DNA of 64,000 bases from Zygnema circumcarinatum SAG 698-1b (lineage: Eukaryota > Plantae > Zygnematophyceae): NCBI GenBank assembly GCA_037447605.1, contig CM074814.1:558001-622000 (forward strand). The letters run 5' to 3'. Each line of letters starts with the position of its first letter. Position 1 is the first letter of the stretch. The translations under genes and the position numbers were made by a program. Shown one piece after another: positions 39,850 to 52,700 of the stretch. The notes beneath the pieces were generated by a model. The model did not search any database. It was not told where the DNA came from and saw only the letters and a list, made by a program, of their open reading frames with translations.

Positions 39850-42381
39850 ATGTCTGCCGCCTGCAGCCCGGCATGCCTTCCGGCAGAGTTCATTGTGGTT
39901 CGGCACGGGGAGACGACATGCAACGCTGCCGGCATCCTGCAGGTATGCCTTTCTGCGTTTTGGCGGTTTGTATCTGTTGGACTCGATTATGTCCAAACAT
40001 CTTTTTTTTTTGCGGATGTAGTCACTATTTTTGATACTCAAGATATCGTATTTGAATGATTTCCTTGCTGGGATGAATCAGATATTAGGGTTGCAAAATG
40101 TAATGGAAAATGCTCCGCGGCTCAGTCGGGTAGGATAAACATTTTTGTCAAGTTCAACGTGAAGCTCTGGGATTATGCTGGTCATGATGATGACGAGGTC
40201 AAACGTTGAGATTTTCAGGATAGGATGGAGGACAGCGTAGTGAGTAAGTGGTTAATGTTTGTGAAAAGAAAGAGGCATTCCCGGTGATGGTTGGATGTTT
40301 CAGACTGATTTTGAAGAGTCCTTTATTTAGGTTGTACGGGTTAGGGTTAGGAACATCAATAATCAAGGCTGGAAAGTTGATGCGCGGTTATTGCTCTGAC
40401 TTTCAGGGCCAAATGGATTCAGAACTGAATGCTGTGGGGCGGCTTCAAGCAGTGGCGGTGAGCAGGGCCTTGCTTTCAGTTGGGAGGAAATCGGAGTTTG
40501 TAACGTTGTTGCGAAAAATCTGTTTCATTTGGATGTCAATATTAGATCTGGAACCAGAAAGTATAACCTTTACAAACCTCGCATCTCAATCGTTTTAGGT
40601 CATTCAAGTCGACTTCCCCATTTGGCGACATTCTTTGTCTTCTTCCGCTTCCGCTCCGTTCCTTGTCTAATAAGCTTGAGAATGCAGCGTTTTCTGTGTC
40701 CGATGCTATTCCTATGGTAGGTCATTTGTGGCCGGCTCACACTGGTTCTACTTTTTGTCTTTGTTCGGGTGCATTCGATGGCGACGCCATCGTGAGGTCA
40801 ATGCATATCCACATTTCACCTCTTTATGTTTAAGAATGTGATAATGTTTGCTTGCTGCACCGTGTGATGTACAGTATAGGTGGCAGAGCGATTGGCGAAG
40901 GGAGACCTGCCCTTCAGTGCCATCTATTCTTCTGATCTTCGACGCGCCTCTGACACTGCAACAGAGATCGCAAAGCTCACTGGCCTCCAGGTGACTTCCT
41001 GATGTGTCATGAATTAACTTCATTCTCAGCATTGAGAAATACTTAAGTGTGGCGTGACTTTCATTTGCGCAACAAAATGATTCATGGAGAGTGTCCGTTG
41101 ATGATCTATGAAATGTAGTGGTGTGGTAGCTTCCAACTTCCAGTTTACGAAACACGTGACTGCTTATGGTTTGAAAGAGGCCATCGACTCCTGCCCTGCC
41201 TCGATTGCACCATCAATATCCCTTCCACTACTTACTAATCCCTCTATTTCTACCCCAAAAGTATTCTTCAACCCTTCGAGCAGTTCATCGTGTTCAGTGT
41301 GAAACATCATTATCACATCGCGTTGTGTGAATTTGCAGGTGGCTAAGGATAAGGGCCTGCGGGAGCGTCACTTAGGACTATTACAAGGGCTCACACTTAG
41401 AGAGGCAAGAGTGATGCACCCCAAGGCTTACCAGGCATTCATGTCACGTAAGGCGGACACAGTCATTCCTGTAAGAAAGCTGCTTCCGCTGATTCTCTTC
41501 ATGAAGATGACTTCTGTGTAGTCAGAGATTGAGTCTTGTGCGCTCATGCAAGTCTTTTCTGTTTGTGGCACGGAATAGATGTCTGTGTTTACAACTTGGA
41601 CCGATACTGATACTTGGATGTTTGTCCTGTCGCTTTCCCAGGGAGGGGGGGAAAGCAAGGAAGGTCTTCATCAACGTGTAAAGCAAACTATGGAAAGGAT
41701 TGCCAAGAACCATTCAGGTACACCTGCACTGCTTTTCAACACTTCTTGAGGGCCCCCTCGTCCTTGGCTTCTGAGAAGGTCATGATGTTTGAGCTGCATG
41801 TTGCATGGTTCTTGCTGGAGATTGTCAAGGGTCTGGACTGTACCTTAAATGTTGATCTAGGATGTAAGGAAAGTGATTGTAGCAGTACAATATCCGCTGT
41901 GTTAATCGTGTAGTCTGACACTACTTAGACGGAAGTTCCTTTATTTGAAGGAGAAAGACACACATGCGATGTTCCCAGGAGCTAGAATCGGCCTTTTCAG
42001 CAACAAATATACCGAATTTTGCAGTTTTGCAATTAACAAAAGGCTTTTAGTTGTCCTGAAGGCATGTCTCTGAAGCCTAGTCAGACCCAACTCAGTTTTG
42101 CTTCAAAATCTGTAGTAGTCCCTTGCTGTTTATGAATTTACCTTATTGTCATGTGTGCAGGAGAGCGCATAGTGGTAGTAAGCCACGGGGGCGTAATGAA
42201 TTGCTTCTACGAAGAGGCAACAGGCTTGCCACGTCCTCAAAAGGTGGTGAATGCATCCATCAATGTTCTGCAGATTGCGAATGGGGAAGAGTGGAGCATC
42301 ATATCTTGGGGAGATGTGAAGCATTTGGAGGGGGTGAGCTTCCTAACAGATGCTTTTGGAGGAGGTAGTGACTCAGCCTAA
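39850..42381 (+). CDS. IPSP: Histidine phosphatase / phosphoglycerate-mutase-like protein, similar to metal-independent phosphoserine phosphatase
   Basis: Exons 39850-39942, 40407-40457, 40880-40990, 41339-41470, 41642-41717, 42161-42381. RHGET, YSSDLRRA, LRERHLG, GGES and VVSHGG motifs are present. Confidence 0.9.
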
Positions 42382-42506
42382 AGTTGTTTATGAGACCAAG
42401 TATGGGGTATGATCTACGAGGCTCTGATTCTGAATCCTAGAAGCCCAAACCTCGTATCAGGTGGGTACTTTCATTTGGGATCATTAGGTCATAACTATGT
42501 ATTCAT

Positions 42507-43176
42507 TTATGAATAAGCAAAATTGGACTCCCCATTGAAGCGCTGAAAGACACTGCCACATTTTTTTCTGATTTGCCACCAGCGGAGTATTTTTTCTCGT
42601 AGTTCAGCACAGTAGCGTGTAAGAGCTCTCGAAACTTCATTACTCGCTTCCTGAAAATCATGAGGCTGTGCGAGAGAGCTATCATACGAACCAGTCATGG
42701 TATCCTTGGAAGAGATGTCACGTTCAAGCACGGATAGATTTGATAGGGCTTGGTCCTTCTCGGCTTTGAATCTCCCCACGTCAGGGGGGGGCTTTGAATC
42801 TCCCCGCGTCCCCTGTGAATCTCCCCAGGGTTTCAACTCCAATCGGATATCTCGAGTTCCACCTGAAGATGACCGACAGATTTTTGGTAGTTCCTCACCA
42901 TTTCTTCCTCCCTTGCGAGATATTTGTTGTACTGACCTTCTAAAACTTCTCGTTCTTTCTTATACTTTTCCATCGATAACCGACCTCGCTCTTCTTGCTT
43001 GTTGGCAATCTTTTGCAATTGAATCAACTCCCCGTCCATCACACCTATGTTTTCATTCAAATCCGTCAGCTGCTTCTCCAAACATGCGAGATCAAATTTT
43101 TCAATTCTTTCTCGAATCTCACTGCCTGCCACATCCTTTCAAATTTCGACGGCAGCCCCTTGATCTCCTCCATTCC
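42507..43176 (-). pseudogene. Intronless coiled-coil-coding segment broken by two frameshifts
   Basis: MEEIKGLPSKFERMWQ (ATG about 43173), shift, AGSEIRERIEKFDLACLEKQLTDLNE...HLQVELEISD, shift at about 42840, ELKPWGD...AEKDQALSNLSVLERD...AELREKILRWW. The segments abut in successive frames with no splice signals. No family recognised. Confidence 0.45.
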
Positions 43177-43195
43177 CGTTTCATTTAGCCGTGGG

Positions 43196-43236
43196 CCACG
43201 TGGCATCCACGTGGTGTCCATGTGGCATCCACGTGG
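43196..43236. promoter_or_regulatory. Four G-boxes at an exact 11-bp period
   Basis: CCACGTGG at 43196, 43207 and 43229, and CCATGTGG at 43218. Confidence 0.7.
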
Positions 43237-44246
43237 TTTCTTCATCGTGCGTCTACCTAAACTGCGGGATTTTCCGTAACCCTAAAGTCCGCCACGTGTG
43301 AAACTCGCAGTTGCTTTCCACTTTTTTCGAAGGCGCCGGGGCAGCCGTCGGCCAATCGACCACCACGTGTCACCGCTCACAGCTCAGGCCCAATCGCATC
43401 GCTAACGGCGATTCCCAACGTCCGACGTGGCATCCTGCGAGTGGTTCGCGGAATTCTGGTTTTGTGGATTCCGAAGCCCTTTGGTCGGAAAAAACGGGGA
43501 AACGAAACCACGAGTGAAATGGAGGACTGCCTGAATGGGAGTTTTTGTGCGTTTTTTGAGGGTCCAGTTTTCTTCAGCTGGTTGAAGCTCCAGAGTTGGA
43601 AACTGGGGCGGAGAGTTTTTCAACGTTTTAGGGTTTTAGGATTTCCTTCATGTGAACTCGTTGGCAAACATCACCTGCACCTTCTATCGCAAGGGGCTGG
43701 TGTTGGGATACTTTTAGTATTTTTTTTAGGAATTTGAATGTTTTTAAACTGTTTTTAAGGAAGAACTTCACTTCTGTAAAGTAGCTCAGACGTTCATTGG
43801 AGATCTATGTCGTAGACGAGAACCACCAAGTGATCGAGCACAACTCCAGATAGAACTGTAAGGATGCAAAACCAGTACCTTTTTCGCTCTTTGCTCTTCC
43901 CCTCATTTTTATGAAATTTAAAATTATGAAGGTGACTATGGTGCCGACACTTCAAGCCATTTCATGGATCAGATTTTAAAAAAGGAAGAGCATTTAGCGT
44001 TCAGCATCTTCCTCTTCAACAGCAGAGATGAACCCCCTCCCTCTACAGGTTCCAAAGCCTTTGGCAAAACATTTGTACACACCCTCGTGGCAGTCGTGCC
44101 ATTTATTCATTATAACCGGGAGAAAAGGAAAAAAAAAAAAAAAACAAATAAACAGAATACACTCTCCACTCACAAACTTTAAAAAACTAAAGCAAAATCT
44201 AACTCCTTTCACTTCATTTAGTTCAGTTCTCCTCCGTTCCGTTCGG

Positions 44247-46958
44247 TCACGTTGACAAGGACGGCTGTAACTGAATCACGATTAGGGTTATGTTGTCATC
44301 CCCCTTCCGTTCCGTCAGTGCGAACTGAACTAGCGAGTCACATGCTCTCTGCATGTCTCCGTGCTCCTTGAGCTTCACCCGCAGAAACCGCGCTGCTTCT
44401 GAACTCTTCACTGCATCCCACAGCCCATCGGACGCGAGCATAACAAACTCCGCATCGTCAGGAACCTCTAAGCACTTCACATCAGGCAGGGGCGTAATCC
44501 ACTCCGTGTCGGTCCTCATCTTTGAAGCAAACCTCGTGGTCCACCTCCCCTTCTTTATTCCCTGCAACAACATCTCCTTCCTTCTTGTCTTATACATGGA
44601 GTTTCCAAACGCACGGGACACTGCTAAAAACCCACACACACGCCCTCCTTTCACCCACCCTCCCGCCTTTGTGATCCTCTCTACCTCTGCCAGCGCCATT
44701 TGACTGTCCCCCCCAAGTCTATGGTCTTCACAGAGGTCCTGAGTCTCCCCTGCCCGGCAAAGCACAGCCCGTGAATCCCCCGCATGGGCGAGCACAATTC
44801 TATCCTTTCTCACAAACATCGCTGAAGCTGTGGACCCTGCATCCTGCTCCATAGCACCTTCCAGTCCTTCTTGAAAGGCTAGCAACCGAGAGTCAGTTCG
44901 CAGGAATGCCTGTGTGAGAGATTCCTGCAAGCTGGATATGGTTTCCTCCTCAAAATCCTTTTCTAGGGCTTGACCTCCATCTAGAGCTGCCAAACATTCC
45001 GCATACAGTTCTTGTTTAAGGAACTGAGAAGCTGAGTGGCCTGCATGGCCATCAAATACCCCAGCGAAGACAAATCCAAAGGGAGCATCCTCAACTACGA
45101 TTAATTCATCCTCCATTTCCTCCCTCCTTCCCTGCACCGTTACCCAAGACACGGCCAGCTGTCCCTCTGCGGTTGGTTGGCTTGCCTCCAGCACTGCTTG
45201 CGGCCTCCCTCCCATATTCCCCCCTCTGTTCCTTTCCTCTTTTTGGGCCACAACAGGGAGCACATTGTGTGATGGCAGTGAAACTGCCGGGAAACTTCCG
45301 TCAGAATTACATTGGAAGGAAGCGGTGGCTTTGCAGATTGGGGTCTTCGGAGGCGACGTTTTGGAGATAAAGCCTGTTGGGCATAGTCATACCACAGATG
45401 GTAGAAAAATGTCAGGGAGCACTGCACACTTGACCAATTACAATTCATAGAGGATGACCTTCCAAAGGATTTTGTAGACCTGTCCTGTGTGTGTGTCCAG
45501 TCCAATTAAAGTGTTTTCCAATAAGTTGTTGAGTTTACTTCCTTCCTTGTTCCAAACATTTTGCTTTTTGAAGCCCTTACGAGGTAAACATCTTGTGGAA
45601 GAGGGTAGCAACAATGGGTAAGGTCATTCTCAGTATTGGCTATCTTAACCACAGCCCTTGCCTTTTTTCCCCAGCAGATTGGTTATCAAACGAGAAATTA
45701 GCACCAAAGCCCCGAAAGACCACAGGGCTTTCCTTTTCTCGACAACAGCACACAGTGACCTAGAAATGGCAAACGTGTATGACAGGGTTTTGCATATGGA
45801 TCTTGATCCGATTCTAAGCAGTGAACTTTCTGAAATTGAAGGCTGATTAGATTTGAAATGGGTCAAAACGGACGAGCAAAGGTACATGCATGTACACATG
45901 GGTCCAACTTTACTATTGATAACGGCACGTGTCCATGATCCACCGATGAGAAGAATGCAGACAATGGGCCAAAGAAAGCAAGACGTATGATGAAGCAGCA
46001 AGGTAAGAAAGATACACGGCTCCTTTCCCAAGCCCAAATTCCTCTCTAATAGACGCAGGTGATTCTGCTGTTCTATAGAGGGATGGAGGAACGAAGGAGA
46101 CAGGATACGAGGGAGAAGGGACGAGAAAAGCGAGGGAAAGAGGGAGAGAAGAAAAGGAGAGCGGAAGAGAGAGAGAGGATGTGCTAGTGCATACAAAAGA
46201 GGAGATGGCAAGAGGGCGAGGGAAACAAGGAGAACGATGGAATGGGGAGGCGTGGAAAAAAAGAGGAAGGAAAAACAATCACCTGATTGTGATCTCCAAG
46301 AATCTGTCCTTACTGAATTGAGGCTGAAGCTGGTTCCTAGTCCTTGGTTCCGGGTGCTGCAGCAATCACGGAATATGAAATGAAGCAATGAAACAAGGCA
46401 AGCAAGGTTGACTACAATTCTTCATTCACAAGACTGATTGAAGCCACATCAATTTGCAAGCATTCGGTTCACTCAATTGCATTCACGTGTGCTGATAGAG
46501 GACATGATTGCGCTTTACGGCTGCACTGACGCATATAAACGACAATGCTGTGATCACCACCAAAGCAGAATACAACTAAAGTTTGGAAAATTTGAATTCC
46601 TTGACAGACGTTTGCTTTCATTTAATAGACTTGAGCTTGTTAAGAGATTTGCTCACAACCGCGCCGTACTACAGTCCTGCAAGCCATGCATGACTGCAAA
46701 TATACATCATCATGCAGCCTAACATTCCAGAGGAGCCTATTACACATGAAAAAAACTAGTTCTTTCAAAAACTGCGCAATGCAGCTCACGGCTACAGCTA
46801 ACGAACTGCTCCAGACCCTATAAGCTACAGCAATCTGAACAATGGCGGATTCTTGAGACCTCTCTACGCCCATAAGGGACCAGACAGACTCCTTACAAGG
46901 AATATGCGATGTGGCCTCCACAGAGAAAATGCTGTTGACAGGCTGCCATGGCTACCAT
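44247..46958 (-). CDS. PPH1: PP2C phosphatase, PPH1/TAP38 (LHCII state-transition phosphatase)-like
   Basis: Catalytic exon 44247-45373 (VQGRREEMED, FDGHAG, LYAECLAAL, AHAGDSRAV, GGWVKGGRVCG.LAVSRAFG, GIKKGRWTTRFASK, LASDGLWD, DNIT). The ORF-track start at 45263 is a GTG, not an ATG. Phase-consistent 5' exons 46897-46958 and 46283-46356 give an S/T-rich transit-peptide-like N-terminus (MVAMAACQQH...GTSFSLNSVRTDSWRSQSGFISKTSPP); these two exons are less certain. Confidence 0.88.
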
Positions 46959-47744
46959 TGCTGGATCAGCAGTCAAACCACGCTTCCCTGCTCACAAAAG
47001 AACGTTAAGGAGGGATCCAAGTCCACTGCCTGTCGACCTCTAAGAGTTTGAAGCCAAAGGGAGGCCTGATTAGCGAGCTGCACACGGACAAGCGTCTGCC
47101 ATGGATTCTTGCCTCCGCTTTTTGCTGCTTTCTCCCTTTTAGGGTGAAGCCGGGAAAGGGAAAGGGCCGGACAAAGGAGGGAGGACGCTTCTTTGTCGCA
47201 GTTCCAGCTCTTGTCCCGTGGAACAGGAAGATCAAAACAAGCATAGGGAGCGTTTGCTCACATGTAAAACAATTTTCGTAAGAACTGCAAAAACTGCGAG
47301 GCTCGACATGGAAGAGCGTAAATACGGACATAGATCAGGACATTTTTTCGTCGCTGTGCGCTTTTACTCAAACAACGACCACTTACAAAACGTCACGTGT
47401 ACTATTTTGACACGTGACAGATAACAATTGGAAAATTTGCGAGTTAAGTTCACAATGAAAAGGCCACCTTGAGTTCACGTGCAAAATAAAGCGTACAGGC
47501 ATTGCGTTCGCTGTCTGACTGGCCGTACATAGAGAGGATAACGTACGGTCCGCTGGCAGCGACACGGTTCCATGCTGCGCCCGGCGGCCTATCAGGGCAC
47601 GGGCCCAGAGGCTTATCCGTTCGATGTGCCGCAGTTGGCAGTAAAACGACATCTGGCGAATTTTTTGACAGGGTATTTTCTATGTTAGATCCAATACTAT
47701 CTCGATATTCATTGGAAAATGACGATACAGTAATATCGATTTAA

Positions 47745-48060
47745 AAGATGCTGACGATACTGACGATATGGACAATACTGACAATATAATCGTTTCTGAC
47801 GATATGTACGATATTGACACTATGGACGATATAGACGATACTTACGATATGAACGATATTGACAATATGGATGCTATTGACGATATGGACAATACTGACG
47901 ATATGGTCAATATTATAGATATGTACGATATTCAATATATGAACGATACTAGCGATGTGGATGATACTGACGATATGTACAATACTGACGATATGGACGA
48001 TATTGGCGATATAGGAGATTTTGGCGATATTGGCGATGTGGACGATACGGCTGGTTGTCG
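47745..48060 (+). repeat. 9-nt-period minisatellite (GACGATATN) that reads as an Asp-rich open frame
   Basis: gacgatact/gacgatatg/gacaatact units; ORF 47768-48163 MDNTDNII...DDMDDIGDIGDFGDIGDVDD. Confidence 0.8.
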
Positions 48061-49788
48061 ATTTGTTGCAGCAGACGTCGATCGCATCTTACGGCTGCGA
48101 CTCCGTTTTGTATGGAAGGGAGTGGTACAGCTGACGTTGATTGCATCGTGCGGATGGAGCTGATTCCCAAGTATGGCTCCGACGGCCGCTCCCGTTCAAA
48201 GTGATCGGGGCCCAAACCAAAAAAACCATCGCCATAGTGAAATCAATGCCACATCCCCGCCCCTGAAACCCGAAACGGTTTCTTTCCTTTGGGAAAAATG
48301 GGGGTGCACGTTTCTCAGAAGAGGAGACTCGCTCAATTTCAGAGGGTTGCTAACTTCCGCATGAAGGACACATCTTTTTTGGCAACGCAAATTTGTTATC
48401 ACAAACGCAGCAAACTGTCATTGGTTCCTGAATTGGAATTGCGCTGTGGAATTGTACGACAGAAGCAAAGCAAACGACAGCCAGACATTAGGCATTCGCA
48501 TGCATTCCTTAAGGTTGCATGTGGAGGGTATTTTTCGTCAGCCGACTTAATGTCTCCACAGCATTGGGATGGTCTGTGTCCGAATCGACTAACACCACTA
48601 CACAATTGAGCACTGAAAATTCGAGACTTCTGTGGGCAGGTCCCCCACCCAACAGGCGAGGTATAAGATGCAAAATATTTTTTGAGTCACGGTAGGACGT
48701 AGGAAATTAAGTACTTCAAAAGTCTTAACTACTGTACACTTTCCCTAACTCCAATCACTCACCGCAACTGTTACAATCAAACACTGAGAAGTGACACTTC
48801 AACATAGGAACTTCCGTACGCAGTACCGCTCACAACGTTTTGACCTCCGCCAAGGCAAAAATGAAAGACTTCAAAGTACTTTATGCGTACATTTAGCCAA
48901 TTTCTAGGAATATAGAAAGCCCATCCTACACAAGGCCATCCTACGAGAATGTTGCGAAGACATGGCCTGACTTCACAACCAAACAACACAAAACAACAAA
49001 ACTAAGAATCCCTTACCAATCGCAGGGATGCTTTAAAGTAGGCGCTACTCTGCTTGCGCTGTCAATCGACACTGAAAGGAAGAACGTAGAGAGCTCACGA
49101 ACTAACGCGTGAAGTCCTACACCAGTCATGTAGGATCACTGCCCTGCAGCAACAGTCGTATGGCTGCATACACATGACAGCCCACAGCAACATCTGCTCC
49201 GATGCTAGTGACAGTCGAATTCACTAAATGAATCTTCATGCATGTCTAAGTATAAACTATTTTATACTGTGAAACTGCGAATAGAGTGCATGCATTACCT
49301 ACTCCTTCATCTGTCCAGAATGCGCACGAGCCAGCCCCTGTAGTGATCCCAAGATAGAACTCTATCTAAATGGCATACACAACATCACCTGAATAAGACA
49401 GAAACACGAAGTAGACACAGACACGAGTCAGGTTAGTAGGAAAATGAGCTGACATATGAAGGCGAGTGATTATGTTCAGCAAGCTCCTAGGCTCGTCTGC
49501 CTCGCAACATGGATCACGGCTCAGCCCCTCAACCTCACCTCACAAATGCAGCAATGAGCTTATCTCTCATCTCATCCCAGCTATAGATGTCTCACATATG
49601 GCTGCACCACATGATGCTCACCCACGTATATCATGCATGATGCGTGATGTTTTAATGTGCATCCTATGTGTATGGAGTCCTGGTGAGGAACGTGTTATGT
49701 GATAGAGAAGCTCACCTTTTTTTGCTGATGCGCCTTCATCGGCTGGTGCAGTTCCACGACCAAGAGCTAGTTGTAGCATCCATTTCCA

Positions 49789-52700
49789 TCAAGGATTGAA
49801 GGGGTTGGTGATGTCCATATCGAAGGCCACAAGGATCACGATTGCAGAAATGATGGCAAGCCAAATCAAGGCTGAGCCTGCCCCGTAAAAGTCGAGCCCT
49901 CACCATGCTCACATAAGTCTTTCCCTGAGATTCCTAAGAGATGAGAAGGAGCACTTTCTTGACCCTCGCATGATACAAACAGCAACAGGAACGAAGTCCT
50001 TGAGGGCAATCAAGGACAGTTACACATCATGAGGCCACAAACTTGTGAAACGTGACCTCGACTAGTACTTAAGAAATTGATGACCTCGTGGGATACTGGA
50101 GTAGGTGATGACCAATTACTTACGAGTGCTCAATCCCGTAGCCACTGCTGCTGCTTGTCCTTCCAGACCTCCTTTACGCTCAATCTCTTTGCTACTGACA
50201 CTAACCACTCTTGAACCCTCTGCATCTCCCTCTCGCGTTGCCTCGTTAATAGGAGCTAATCCCTTATCAAGCACCTTCACTTGGTCCCCAGAAAATACAA
50301 TCTCTTTCGCATCTTCAAGAAACTTATTTGACTTCAAGGCGTCCTTCACCCCTTCGAGACCCTTTCCTTCCAAGACCGTACTCTTAGCCTTTTCCAAAGC
50401 CCCTTCTCTCAAAGCAGGACTATTGATAGATTCCACCTTCTTACCTAAATCTAGAGCTTCCCCATACTCTCTCACCCCTTCAGCCAAAGATCCGTTCTTG
50501 TTGAACTCCGTTCCACTTCCTCTCTCCACTTTCTGATATGAATTATCCTCAACCTCGTCCCAACCATCATCAAATAGACCTGCCCATAGCCCTTGCCAGC
50601 CACCTCTCAGCTTCATTTCACCATTTACACCTTCATTCCTTCCCTCGTTCCTCTTCAAACCACCATTCTCTGTCCCTGAACTCCACATTGCACCATTTCC
50701 ATCCTCAGAATTCTCCAATTTTCCCACATGTTTCCTCTCCTCCGCTCCCTTTCGAATACTCGGAAAGGGCAAAGATCTGAGGCCATTCCCTCCCTCGTGA
50801 GAACCCCGTCCACCACCTCCAATGGCTGCTCCATTCGACCTTCCAACTCCCTCCATTGCTTTTTCCATATCCGCCCTTAAATTCTCACCCATCTCTTTGG
50901 CCTGCGCCAATATCTTTTCAGCAACTTCCTTCGGTACTCCCGGTACATCCAAAAGTGAAGCTGCTCTGTCAGCTTCCTTCGCCAACTTACTCGCCATATT
51001 TGCCATTTCCAAAAATACTGGAGGGATCTGCGTCTCCTTTGGAGGAGGAACAAGGCTAGTTTGCTTAGCTACTATGTCACCAAACTCATCCTCTTCAACA
51101 TATGCTTTATATGTAAGTCGCATTTTCAGCTCCCCAGAAGATCTCTGAGCAGCTGGTCCCCACCCGAGGCGGAGAGGCAAATTCAGGTCCATTGGTACAG
51201 TGTCTTGCAAAATGGAAAGAGGAACCTGCTCAGGCAATGCAGGAAAGTACAATGTTAAGTAAATCATGATATTTTCTGTGTGGTCTACCAAAACTTTATC
51301 CTTTGGTCACAAGTATTCTAGCAAAATCCCCCCCCCCGCCCACATGAACCTCGGAACCATACAAAATTTCCAACTGAGGATGGGTATTGAAAATGAAAAT
51401 TGACGTGGCGCCATATTTGCGCTCAGTACGCCCTCTAAAAGGGGGCTGCCAACCCTTTTTATCTGTTCCTAGCGTTACATTTTTGTACCGTTGTAAGTGA
51501 AACAATTAAAACATTTGCATAGAGCGATCTCTACTGACGTCATCCTCTAAGATGTAACTCTGGTTGTCCATGATGCGATAAGGAGGCAAGGAAGCTTCAG
51601 AACTTTTTGGTCCGTTTGAAGTTGTATTCCAAGAAAAGGTTGGCACCCACCTCTCCATAACCGACAGTATAAGTGACACCTAACGCATCGCGGACTCGGA
51701 CAGTCAAACGCTGAGACTTCGGATCAACAACCAGTAGCTGGAAATCCTGTAGTTTTCAAAACACACACATCCAAAGTCTTTGTGTAAGCTGTTGAGTAGC
51801 TTGAATGTTTCCGCTGGTTCAGTTTTGAGACACTGAATAAGTGCTAAACATGGAAGCGGGAAACTCCTTCCACATTCTTCTTCAACATTATAGAGAAAAC
51901 AAATATGTCTGTCAGTTTGTCCTTGAATCCTGTTTGAGCACAAACCATAGGTTGTTTCTTACGGCGTAGAGTCAACACTAAGCTGCATTGAATACATCTC
52001 CCTAGAATATCACACAATTCGATAGCATATTCTGTAATTCAAAATACAAGGGCGTTCAATGGCAGACGTACAGACACAATATACAATATACCTGATTCCA
52101 CAACGGAGCACCTGGGGGGCCGATTGTGGAGGTTTCAGAGTTTTTTTTGCTAGCAACCACCTGTTCTCCAAGCGTGAGGACTACATATGGATCTGAAGTC
52201 CCTGCAAGAAGTGAGACAAAAACTTCTATCATACTGCACAAATGCAAGTGTGATTGGCTACTCTCTCACCCTGGCGAACCAATCATAAGTCCCGCTGGGC
52301 TTCTTGCAGGTAGACTAGCATGGACTGTCTTTATGGCTAGCAGGACCTCATCATCTCAAATTACAACTATGGACAGATCCAATGCATGCTTGCCCCACAC
52401 ACTGAAAGAGAGCCACAGCTTACCATAACTAAAATACGGTAGCCTCCGTGCTGCGATTAGCGTCAATGAAAGCTCTCCAGCAAATCCAAAATTTCCAAAA
52501 AGCGATTGTCCTTCCTTGAATGCCACCCCCTTTCGTCCCTTTTTCCCCTTGAGAAGGTCGACCACACTTTTGTTGGGACGCACAAATAGTCTCGGAAGGT
52601 CCTCCGTCAGCAGCTTTTCCAAAAACCTGCAAATTAAAGTTCTTCATTCTATAAAAAACATAGAAACTGAGGTTTGGCATAGGACATGCCATCACTGAAG

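Noticed and set aside
44247-45263. PP2C as a fully intronless gene starting at 45263
   Set aside because: 45263 is a GTG; the frame stays open upstream to a phase-1 acceptor at 45373, so the start lies in upstream exons.
50116-50123. Stop at 50116 as the end of NTMC2T5-A
   Set aside because: It overlaps a GTAAGT donor; a further exon (49789-49877) gives the family-typical TM-FNP C-terminus.
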